Both the position numbers and the translations under genes were made by a program. This document shows, piece by piece, positions 1 through 10,305 of a stretch of 34,557 nt of DNA. The stretch spans positions 1 through 34,557 of the forward strand of contig JAAPAO010000379.1 of assembly GCA_013115145.1 (NCBI GenBank). The letters are read 5' to 3'. How positions within the stretch are numbered: the stretch's first letter is position 1; each line of letters starts with the position of its first letter. The notes below the pieces were generated by a model. The model searched no databases, had not been told where the DNA came from, and was given only the letters and a program-made list of their open reading frames with translations. The stretch comes from Perkinsus chesapeaki ATCC PRA-425 (Eukaryota; Protista; Perkinsozoa).

Positions 1-123
1 CTAACTGATGTCACGACGGAGCGAAGTAAAGCACGTTTCGCAACTTTCCCACTTCCATCTCCGAGATGGAACAATACGATATCTTTTGGGTTTACACAGA
101 GGTAGTAGCTTAACTATCTACGA

Positions 124-3100
124 ATGGAAGATCCCGTCCCGCTAAGTGCTGACATTATATCACAAAGCCTCAGCAGTTTGGCTCGTACTAAGAAAAGATT
201 CTTACTAGGTTAACATTTACGCAAAGCCAGGCACACTCGACGGCAGTGGTTTCGCCTTTACCAAGCTGGACTGCTGCGAGAAGGGCATTTCTGAGCTCAG
301 CGAGGATATCGAATCCTTCAAGCATCTTAGGTTGAAGCATAGCTTTGGCTGACTCGGAATTCGTTGATTTAGACAAGTAACGTTGAGGTCCAATGCTCTG
401 AAAGATGCCACGAGGTTAACTAGGCTGACCAATTTGATTTCACTGGATATCAGCTACAACCATATCGATGATATTGAAGGGCTATTCCAGCCAAATGTAA
501 GGGTTCATTATGTCGGAGGGTTTGAGATTCTTAGCTGTTTCTCTCGTTTCGCTCAGTAAATTGCGCTCGTGACCAAACTCCGGATTAAGGTCAGTCGACC
601 TTGATAGTATCTTTAAGGTCAGTCGACCTTGATAGTATCTTTAAGGTCAGTCGACCTTGATAGTATCTTTGAAATCAGTCGACCTTGATAGTATCTTTAA
701 GGCCAGTCGACCTTGAAAGTATCTTTAAGGTCAGTCGACCNNNNNNNNNNNNNNNNNNNNNNNNNNNNNNNNNNNNNNNNNNNNNNNNNNNNNNNNNNNN
801 NNNNNNNNNNNNNNNNNNNNNNNNNNNNNNNNNNNNNACCTTGATAGTATCTTTAACGTCAGTCGACCTTGATAGTATCTTTAAGGTCAGTCGACCTTGA
901 TAGTATCTTTAACGTCAGTCGACCTTGATAGTATCTTTAAGGTCAGTCGACCTTGATAGTATCTTTAAGGTCAGACGTCTCTTCAGACATCCTCCCTCTG
1001 CCAACTCTCCCATCGTTGTTGTTCAGTCTCTACCTTGGTGTCAATACATCGACCTATCCAACAATTCCATCACATCCCTCCCCGCTATATCTGCCTTGGC
1101 AAGACTAAGAGTTCTCAAATTGAACAATAACGCTCTTCAAGACTTGACCAGGTAAGTAAATGCCTTACCTTCGTACCACCTTTGTATTCTCCTTCTGCTT
1201 CCATTGTTCCACTCTTCCCATGTTGGGGTACACATACGGATAGGGATATAATAATTCGCCTATTAGGGAGTTTCGAAAATATTCTTCGTAGCTATCAGGG
1301 CCGCCTTTTGGAGGAGGAACTGCCGGATTTTCGTTAGTGTAAGTTCGTTGTGATAAATAATAACACTACGTAGCCCTTATGGGCACTGTTACAGTAAGTC
1401 ATATATAGTGGAGGGGCTCAGAAATGGCGGAAATAGGGTACATGGAGGGACAACCTCGCGAATGAATCTTTGAAGATCTAACTAGGTCGTCATAAGATTC
1501 TTGGTATGTTAACCTTTTATGTACATGACTTAGTCGAAACGGACAGCCTGGGGTTCGAACCCACGACTGGCGATCTAATAATGCACTAGCGAACCGAAGT
1601 CGGGACATACGTTGAATATCAGTTCGAATGCATGATCATATACTCGATATTATTAAAGTATAAAATGCCACTGTTCACCTTACCAACAACGGTACCCTGG
1701 TTGCGTAGTAGGATATCTTTTCAGAGTTTTACCGGACGGGCATGCCTCTCTGGAGGAGCTACACCTCAGTAGCAATGCATTGGAGACGTTGGATGGCCTC
1801 AATAACATGCCTAAATTAAGGTACTGCAGAGATGGCAGTGGTTCCTAATATCTACTTGTATATGGTACAGCAATCACCGTGGCATTCATTACTTGGACGA
1901 CTTGGAGGTTACGGTATGAAAATCTTTCTTATTGGTAGGCGCATGCGGTTTAGGCCTACAGCACTGTTATATGTATTTTACTATGTGCTGGCTTAATAGA
2001 AAGTGATAATAGCGTTATGAAGTTCACGGAGGTTTTTCCCCAGCGTTTAAACGGCGTGTATGCCAACACTGCTCGGCCTCACTGCAATCGCTTCTCTCCA
2101 TTCCTCTGGTCTTTCAGATCGCTCGTCGTTGCTTCTAACAAGCTCAGTCATATCGGCAATAACGCTCTCGAGAATTTGCCGGCCTTGGAAGTCGGTTTCC
2201 CGCCATAGTTCGTTTGCCATGTTTTTTTATAGGCGATCGATTTTCATGACGGCAACTCGTTGATAAGCCTCACCGGCAAACCGGCAGAGCCGCCGATTGA
2301 AGAGGAGGAAAGTGAGGTAATATGGTACGGCAGATTCACATGGGGAAACTAGGACCTTGCTTTCACTGTTATTTCAGTATAAATATGTTAACCTACTATC
2401 CGGCCTTCAGATTGCCGTGATGGTAATCACTACTATCAATGTCTTGTATAATAGTACCATATGAACATATTTGCTATTTCCGGAATAACTAGGAAGTCAT
2501 CACAGTGGAGTACCCGAAGCCTTTCCATCTCCTCTCGGCGTTCCTATTTTTCTCCTTCTGTTTCCGGTTATTTTTCCTACAACTCTGAGCTGAGTATTTC
2601 TCGGCTTTTTGCGAATACTTTGTCTTGACTTTTTACTGTTGACTTATTTTTCGCAAGTACTATTTCGCCATTCTTCCGTCGACTGTCTTGTCTCATTATT
2701 CGATCTTTTGAGCACTAGCGCCGCGCTTGTAGCGCGGTCTCCTACCTCCTCTTCTGGGCACTAGCTTGGTCTCCTAACCTTCTCCTCTGAGCACTAGCTT
2801 GGTCTCCTAACCTTCTCTTCTGAGCACTAGCTTGGTCTCCTAACCTTCTCTTCTGAGCACTAGCTTGGTCTCCTAACCTTCTCTTCTGAGCACTAGCTTG
2901 GTCTCCTAACCTTATCTTCGCCACACGTTCTATCATACTTCCTCGTCATTTCGTTGCCTCCGCCCCCAGGCTCCTCCTCCGGCAACATCCTCTCCACGAG
3001 AGCTTCCTAAGCTTCCGAGTCTACCAGCTTTGAGGACGCTCAACTTGAGTGGTACTCAGTTCGGCAGTGAGCAGTCAGCTTCGGAGATTCTGGAAAGAAT

Positions 3101-4335
3101 AACGATGTCGCACGACGGGGATAGATTGCTACCGGTGAGCTGGGTGTTGGTCACTCTGTGATGAGGGAAGACAGTCGAAAGGTGGGGGGTTCTAGAGAGC
3201 TCAGGTGGAGTATTAAATACGCTCAGACGGAACGTACGTGATGCCTCTCCTTCAACTAGGAGCGCATTTTCCATTAGGTCCTGTGTTATGTTATCTGCCT
3301 TGCTGAAGCTGCAGTGATTTTGTCATTTTCTAGGTGATCCGTGAGATTGACCTTTCCGACACGCCTTCGGCAGCCTCGAATGACAGCCTTCGTGCAGAGC
3401 TCATTCTGGTGTTGCCGAAAACACTACGAATTATCAACGGCGAGGTAATACAGGTTGGAAGACTAGGAAATGGTAAGCTGTGGAATGTCGTAGATCAAAT
3501 GAGTAGGCAGTAGTTACCGTGATTAAAATGTATATATGTTCCCGTCTACGTATATTGATGGGGACGGGAAAATTTTGAGAAACTGAGGAAGTTTCTTCGC
3601 CTTATTACATAGTGTGTTTTGTAATGTGGACTGGAAGGGACGTTGAGTGTACTAAAGCACTGTGGACCTCCCTTATCGGTTCATATATCAATAGTGAAGA
3701 GAACTTGGAAACTGGGAGGGAGCCTCTTTTTATGTGACTTGTATAATAGTACCTGCATTCAAGTGCTCTGAATGGGCTTTTGTGACCATTATTCACCATA
3801 TAAGGCTCTGGTGGGCTCGGAACTGCTGAGCTAATGTTACCATTCTTCACCATATAAGGCTCTGGTGGGCTCGGAACTGCTGAGCTAATGTGACCATTCC
3901 TCACCATGTAAGGCTTTGGTGGGCTCGGGGCCCTTCTCAGCGGTATCTATCATGTCTTCATTGTTGATTAAATGCAACAGGATAGTTTGTCACTTACCTC
4001 CATGTAGTTACACATTAGCCCCGACCCGGGCCAATCGCACGGTATATATTGATCATCGTGGATTCGAGATTAGTTTAGTTTGCTGGTATATATCTTGCGC
4101 GTCTGTAGGATATCACTCTGGATGATCTAAATGCATCAGAGGAGCTTCGAGTGGCCAGAGCGGCGGCAGCTGAGGAGGAAAAGAGAAGGCAGGAGGCAGA
4201 GGCGAATGAGGAACAATTGGTAGGGTGGTCGGACCGATAATAAGAAAGTATATTTACAAATAATATTGAACATGTGTATAAAAGGTTTAAGAGGTGGTAC
4301 TGAACCAGAAGTTCAGTGCCACTTTACTTGGCTGA
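124..4335 (+). CDS. LRRC23: Leucine-rich-repeat protein, LRRC23-like (axonemal/ciliary type), about 11 exons
   Basis: Phase-consistent GT-AG exons from ATG 124 read MEDPVPLSADIISQSLSSLAR|TLDGSGFAFTKLDCCEKGISELSEDIESFKHLR|QVTLRSNALKDATRLTRLTNLISLDISYNHIDDIEGL...|SLPWCQYIDLSNNSITSLPAISALARLRVLKLNNNALQDLT|...LEELHLSSNALETLDGLNNMPKL|RSLVVASNKLSHIGNNALENLPALE|...|VIREIDLSDTP...LRAELILVLPKTLRIINGE|DITLDDLNASEELRVAR...EEQL|VVLNQKFSATLLG*. It has multiple LxxLxLxxN repeats and an LRRcap-like end. The N-terminus resembles LRRC23 (LSxLxxTxxGxxxAYxKL) from memory. LRR identity is secure; orthology and the last exon are less so. Confidence 0.7.
585..974. repeat. 28-bp minisatellite (TTAAGGTCAGTCGACCTTGATAGTATCT) in an LRR-gene intron, interrupted by an N gap at 741-837
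   Basis: The 28-nt period is directly visible on both sides of the gap, with a few variant copies (gaaatc, aacgtc). Confidence 0.97.
741..837. other. Assembly gap (N run) inside the 28-bp array
   Basis: Run of n flanked on both sides by the same repeat. Confidence 1.
2737..2918. repeat. 33-bp minisatellite (GAGCACTAGCTTGGTCTCCTAACCTTCTCTTCT), about 5.5 copies, intronic
   Basis: The period is visible directly. The minus strand reads as repeats of RRLGDQASAQK (ORF 2742-2936). Confidence 0.95.
3781..3927. repeat. 54-bp tandem repeat, about 2.7 copies, intronic
   Basis: CACCATATAAGGCTCTGGTGGGCTCGGAACTGCTGAGCTAATG recurs at 54-nt spacing. The minus strand reads MVKNGNISSAVPSPPEPY. Confidence 0.92.
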
Positions 4336-4657
4336 CTCACAACCGTGGGCAGTTTTCCGATTTGGGCATCGTCTCTCTTTCTTTGCTGACTGGTATTCAG
4401 TGAGGTGGTAGCTGGTTTGTTTTCTCTCGAGTCTCTCTAGTAGAGAGTCTCTACTACTCGTTGGAGCGATTGGGCCTGTATGTGCGCCTAGCGTAGATGG
4501 TACCTCAGTTTTATTATTAGTCTCTTCAGACCGAAGAGTCTCCTCCTGCTGCTGCCGAGTGAAAGTGGCATGACTGAGTTCATTTTCCATGTCGTGGAAT
4601 GGCGGAGGTTGTGTTTTTGGGGACAGCAGAAGGTTGATAGGTTTTATTACTTGCAGG

Positions 4658-5580
4658 ATGGATCCATCATATAGTGAAGGTGAGAAAGAGGTGCAGCAAG
4701 AGCAAAGGCATCTTAAGGTTGACTATAGCAAGCCCTATGCGAGGAGGCGACCTGACGAACCTAGAAGTCATTACGCACAGAGACTGAAGTTCATTAATGA
4801 GCTTATACAAGGAATGGGAGATAGTAGTGAGGGAAGAGGGGTTTATACTGTATTAGCTTAGGACATTATATAGGTGGATAAGGGGTTTATACTGTATTAG
4901 CTTAGGGCATTATATAGGTGGATAAGGGGTTTATACTNNNNNNNNNNNNNNNNNNNNNNNNNNNNNNNNNNNNNNNNNNNNNNNNNNNNNNNNNNNNNNN
5001 NNNNNNNNNNNNNNNNNNNNNNNNNNNNNNNNNNNNATAAGGGGTTTATACTGTATTAGCTTAGGACATTATATAGGTGGATAAGGGGTTTATACTGTAT
5101 TAGCTTAGGGCATTATATAGGTGGATAAGGGGTTTATACTGTATTAGCTTAGGGCATTATATAGGTGGATAAGGGGTTTATACTGTATTAGCTTAGGGCA
5201 TTATATAGGTGGATAAGGGGTTTATACTGTATTAGCTTAGGGCATTATATAGGTGGATAAGGGGTTTATACTGTATTAGCTTAGGGCATTATATAGGTGG
5301 ATAAGGGGTTTACTTCGGCACTTAACCTCTCATAACCATGGTCTAGCCGCGCCTGTGAGTTGGAACAGCCCCACTGTATAGATCTCTCTTAGGCCTGTCA
5401 GACGATCGTATTGATGTTTTGAGCAACTGCTATACGAACGTCAAGTTCCTTAATAATAAGTATCACCCGGAGATAATGGAGATATTAGAAAAATACGACC
5501 CTGATGTCGAGAGCGTTATGAAGAGTCGCCATAGCATTGCGCATTGGAAGACACCTACAGCCGAGAAGGCGAGCCCTTAA
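4658..5580 (+). CDS. Small stand-alone XRN2-binding-domain (XTBD)-like protein, 118 aa, 2 exons (4658-4826, 5393-5580)
   Basis: The phase-1 intron 4827-5392 (GTGAGG...TTAG) joins RRPDEPRSHYAQRLKFINELIQGMGDSS to LSDDRIDVLSNCYTNVKFLNNKYHPEIMEILEKY. This matches the remembered XTBD pattern RxxxExxxHWxxRxxFI ... DRLxxLSxxxxNxxFLGxxYxxEVM of PAXT-1/CDKN2AIPNL. Confidence 0.72.
4837..5312. repeat. 44-bp minisatellite (GGATAAGGGGTTTATACTGTATTAGCTTAGGGCATTATATAGGT) filling the XTBD-gene intron, with an N gap at 4938-5036
   Basis: The 44-nt period is visible directly (for example GGATAAGGGG at 5123, 5167, 5211). Confidence 0.97.
4938..5036. other. Assembly gap (N run) inside the 44-bp array
   Basis: Run of n flanked on both sides by the same repeat. 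Confidence 1.
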
Positions 5581-7395
5581 CTGGTAACTTACGTCTCAAT
5601 GGAGAGGGGGTTGTGTTGGGATTGGCGGAAGGAGCGGTATGACTTATTGAGAGAGGAATTCGCTTAGCATCTTTACTGATCTGTAGGGATTTGCTTATAT
5701 ATCGTGTACGTGGGTTTCATCGCATCTCTTTCGCAGACAAAATTAAAAATAATGTGGAAGATTCGGGTTCCATCTTTTTCGTAACATCGGTTCTATTCCC
5801 AATGATGTAGTTCATCACGCAAGGGCAGGTGTTGGATGAACAGGAGAGAGGGAAAGTCTCAACTCAGAAGTAGCTCTAAGCACTCGCAGCATTCACTGAG
5901 GCGTACACAAAGGGAGCAGCAGCAGCAGCAGTAGGAGTAGGAGTACTTTGTGGACAACTAGTGGGATACTTACTACGATAACAATGGCTGAAATCTACAA
6001 CTTCCGGGATGATTCTGCTATGTATTTGATCAAGCTTGTCTGTTTTTCCCGACTATGGCTGCAACTGCTACTTCTTCTCTTATCTCTATTGAAGGCAGCC
6101 AAAGGACTCAGGCTCCACTGGCGGTATTAACTGATATATATTCACAACGTAACAGGGGTGGTAGCACTGCTGCTGTACAGACACCTAATAGGTAATACGG
6201 GTTTGTTGTTAGTGAACAACCTTTGACGATTTTCTTCATCGTGGTCAAGTTGGTTATGTCAATGCTTAAGGTTATTGTTGTATATTGTTACTCTGATAGA
6301 TGTGTCCTATAAGGCCTGTAATTCTCTTAACCATGTTACTACTGCACGCCAACTCCATGGCACAGCACAGGGTGTCGAACTTTAAGTACAGTAATTATGT
6401 GGTAATAATTAATCAGTATTTGACACCTATCCGTCGATATGAGTGTTGTATGGTATAGTAATATTTATAGTTGTATAATTGGGAACATTAGCCTAATATA
6501 GCATACTCGATTTAGTCATTCGACTACACCTTTCCTTGCTTCATATCTCCTTTCAGACGGCGCACTCCTCGTCATCACCAACCAGACCTTCGTCGAGTCG
6601 AATCAGCACCGATGGTAGCCTGGGGCACGCCAGGATCTATTGCCACTACCCCACGAGGGCCATCGAGATACGATGTTAATCATAATGTAAGCTTCAAGCT
6701 CAGATATGTCAGCGCGAACTCGGATGCTAGAGCCGCGTCATCGTAGGCTATATTCTGCAATGTTAAAATTTCTTCGAAATTCCATAAAATTTTGGTGGAG
6801 ATTCGCAGCTTTAGGAAGTCACATTCCTAAGACGAGCCGAGGAGGGAATTTCAGGCTTTACGATTCAGAGCTCGGGTGAGGGGGAAGGCAACGCTGGTTG
6901 GATTGAAGGGCCTAAAAAAGAAAGTGTATTTGGAGTCGCCTGAATGTGGCTTTGTTGGGATTTTTCAATGAGGAAGCGCGTTACACTTGGGCAACTAATT
7001 TCCTGGAATTCCGACTATGCAGCAGTTGTGGGGCATTGAAACGTGTCTCGGGGAAAAGGCTGAAAAAACGGGGAAAATTTTACGTCGTTCTGAGTATTCC
7101 ATCTTTCCTAATCACCTTTCTGTTCAGCCCCACCACGCCTACCAGCGCGGCAGAGCGCCTGCCTCGGTTCGAGGGGCGCGCAGTGGCAGATCGGTTATGA
7201 CGCCTCGAGAGCGGGAAGCTGCATTGTAAGTCTCTCGGGTGCATCTGCATGTGCTCAGAAAGCGGACTTCTTCTTCGTGGGAATTTTCCATCGAAATTGC
7301 AGTATTTTCGCATCAGTGGTGTTATTGAAGATTGTTTGATTCTTATTCAAAAAGCATCGCTAATTGGCTGATTTTTAACGGGTTCGGTCGAACTA

Positions 7396-9700
7396 ATGGT
7401 CCCAGTGGGACTCCGACTCCGAAGGAGCGGATGTACTCGACAGTTTAGAATTGCTTTGGGTAATTGTTGATATGTGTAGGCGAAGAGAAGGTCTCTGGAG
7501 TCACCGTGGCAGACATTCGCCACCTCGCCCGCGAACCACTCAAACTCCTCCGCAAGTGAGCTGCTGATTCTCTCTACCTCATCGATATCGTTTTTTGATT
7601 CAGCCCCATCGATCAGCGGTTAAGAAGGTTAACTCGCCTTTGGAGCCCGAGTGGTCATCTGGCAGCACCGGCAGTGGGTCAGAAGCTCGCACGGCCTCGG
7701 AGCGTCCGGAATTAGACGATGAAGTGATTCCCCGAGAGGGTCCAGTCGGCATAGTATTGACGTATACGTATCACTGTGGGTGCGGTGGTTACATCTTTCG
7801 CAAGGACATTCAAGCGTAGCGACATTCTCATCGAGAGCGGAGCGAAGCGCGTCATGTTTTGTATTTTGTTACTTACTGTACCGCTCAATTTTGACGAGAA
7901 TGACGCTAAGATGTAATCACTGGAGAATCCTCGGTTTGATTTTTCGCTTGTTTTCTGCCCTAAGGTGGGTCAGAAACAACAACAACAACAAATCGTCAGA
8001 TTGCAACTGATGTAAATATTGTAACTTGCTATCTAGGTAAATCTTGTATTTCCTCAACTCATATCGTAAAGGATTGTTCTGATGATTTTAATGTGGCAGA
8101 GATAAGCGTTGACTCTGTTAGTTTCTATCAGTGTTCGATGGTTCTATTGAGCTCTCTAATAATATACTGTTTTGAGTTTTACTAGTAAGTGGGGAGGAAC
8201 CGCGCCCGAGAAGTCCGAACAAACTTGACCGAAGTTCCCAGCAAGTGAGCCTGTATAGGAATAAGGGAAGCCTCAACTGCACGTACTGAAGTGTTGCAAG
8301 ATGGCAAATATTCACAGCCATAGTGCACATTGCATGATTAAAGAGGAGGAGGAGGGCCCACCACATGAATTGGCGCTGCTACAAGCGGATGAAGTGGTTC
8401 GTAAAGCCTTGCTAAAGCACAAGAGTACGTAGCAACACAACGTATCACTGTTTACCACATCGCACGTTTGCGCTATATAGCGGCAGGCAGGGTCGGACTG
8501 TATGGTAGACTTGACCTTTCCACAGTTTTCCACAAGGTTCTCTGTAGCTTCATTTCATCAGGTGACCACACCCTACACGAGGGCTGTATGCTCGAGAAAG
8601 AATGTCTTGAGCTTTTGATCGTAAGTTTCGAAGCTCCGTTGAAGATGGCTTTTGTACTTCTCAGAATTTCCGCAAGCTCGCCGCTGCGAGGATCTCCACG
8701 CAGATCTGGCGCGATGCGCTCGATAGACTCAACTCAGGAAGGCAGCAATTTCGAGCCAACGCCAAATTAAGCTTTGCTTAGTTTCACGCCTACTGTTGAG
8801 TGGTTTGCCCAGTACATGCCACGAGAAGGCATGACTATGACTGCAGCGGACCTCCTAGCTTCGGGTCGGGTAGCGGAATGCTTCGAGGTGCCACTGTGTG
8901 TTAATACAAATGATATGCGATTTCACAGGTGATGGTTGATTATGCGGAGGAACAAGTTGGTGGATTCTTACACCGCGTCAACCGGTCTCACTGGACTGAT
9001 CAAGTGCCACTGCACGCGCGGAACGAGGCGAATGCATTCATCGTCAGGTCGCCGAGAAATTGCAAGAGGATGAAAAGCTTTCTGTCTTATTGCTCGGATT
9101 GCCAGGAAGGCCGCTGAAGCATGACGATATGGCAATGGAGCTCCACCTGCTATGGGCCAGAATGAGGGATTGCGTGGCAGAAGAATTCAAGGACGTTGGT
9201 GCGGCGGTCTGGAAACGACAATCTATAGAGACCGATGTTGCATTGATCATGGAAACCTCGAGAGTCTCCAAGCAGGAGCCTCGCAGGAATTCGCGGGTAG
9301 GTTGCTTCTCTTGATTCAACGATGGATGTGGCTCCGGTACGTCCCATGGTTCTTCTGATCGATTGTCGTCGCCGGTCTGATGCCGTTCACAGTGAGCGCA
9401 ACTGGGAGCCCAGAATTTCGGAATCCCTTCCGTAGCCAAGATTCGGTATTGCTCAGAAATGTTCTGTGATGCTTTCAGTACGATCGCCGAAGGTCTTTGA
9501 CACCGGTGAATTCTGCACGTCACTCAGCAGCAACCGGACACGCTCCTCCAGAGAGCACCTCTTCATACAGCGAAGTTCGCTCATCGAGCCAGGCTCGCCG
9601 ACCTAGCATACGGCTCACGAGGAGACCAAGCGCTTTTATCACGGAGAAAGCACATGATAATTTCTGAAATGGTCTTCGGGTTGAGTCGTTGTTGGTCCAG
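7396..9700 (+). CDS. Multi-exon hypothetical protein (ends approximate)
   Basis: Chain of exon-like segments with GT-AG borders: PHRSAVKKVNSPLEPEW...; IATDVNIVTCYLGKSC...; MIKEEEEGPPHELALLQADEVVRKALLKHK; FISSGDHTLHEGCMLEKECLELLI|WFAQYMPREG...|VMVDYAEEQVGGFLHRVNRSHWTDQ|VAEKLQEDEKLSVLLLGLPGRPLKHDDMAMELHLLWARMRDCVAEEF. No family recognised, and it could be more than one gene. Confidence 0.5.
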
Positions 9701-10305
9701 TTTATAGTCAGACGCCCGTTGGGCCGAGTCGGGCTCCGGTTTACGGCATATTGCCTTGGTTGAGTTGTAGCTAAGTCACGGTCAATCAGGAATGCTCTTA
9801 AGTAGTCATCACGTAAGATCAGGTCAAAGTGATGAAATAAAGTTTGTTCATCATCGATCGTCTACATTAAGTTCTCAGCGCCCAGTGCTATGGAGGTTTT
9901 ATATCAACGCGTTGAACGCTCATTCAAAATGAATGTCGATGATAGTTTTCATCATAGAAGATTGCACTTCAAAGCTGTCTGTGTAACTATGACATAAAAA
10001 GGACATTTTAGGGTCTTCCCTAATCCCTTGGGTAAAGTGTCTTCATCCAGCTCAACATTTAAGCATTCATTGGTTGGCACAAGACCGGCCGTTTCACTCT
10101 TCGCCCGATCGATCGATTAGAGGGCTAGCGTGCAGCTGATCTCGCGCGCCCTTTAGTGAAATAATTGGCGTAAAAATAGCGTAACCGCGGATCGATCCTG
10201 TGCGCATCTCTTGCTGTCGCGACAGTCGAGGTGACTTCACTATTGTAACTCGATACTCTTTACAAAACTAATGAAAGGCCTTTCATAATCGTGTCATGCA
10301 TCAAT

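Noticed and set aside
585-974. 28-bp palindromic repeats as a CRISPR array
   Set aside because: Units are directly adjacent with no unique spacers, lie in a eukaryotic intron, and no cas genes are present.
1545-1575. tRNA gene around GGGTTCGAACCC
   Set aside because: Only a T-arm-like palindrome is present. There is no complementary acceptor stem, D arm or anticodon arm on either strand.
4837-5312. Telomeric repeat because the unit contains TTAGGG
   Set aside because: There is only a single hexamer per 44-bp unit, inside an intron, so it is not a telomeric tract.
5600-6900. Exon-like fragments on both strands between the XTBD gene and the next gene
   Set aside because: I could not assemble a phase-consistent model or recognise a domain. 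A gene may exist but is unsupported.
9520-10090. Stop-free minus-strand stretches (for example KLLFHHFDLILRDDYLRAFLIDRDL)
   Set aside because: They could be further exons of the coiled-coil gene or a separate gene. Their linkage cannot be established, and they overlap the + strand gene end.
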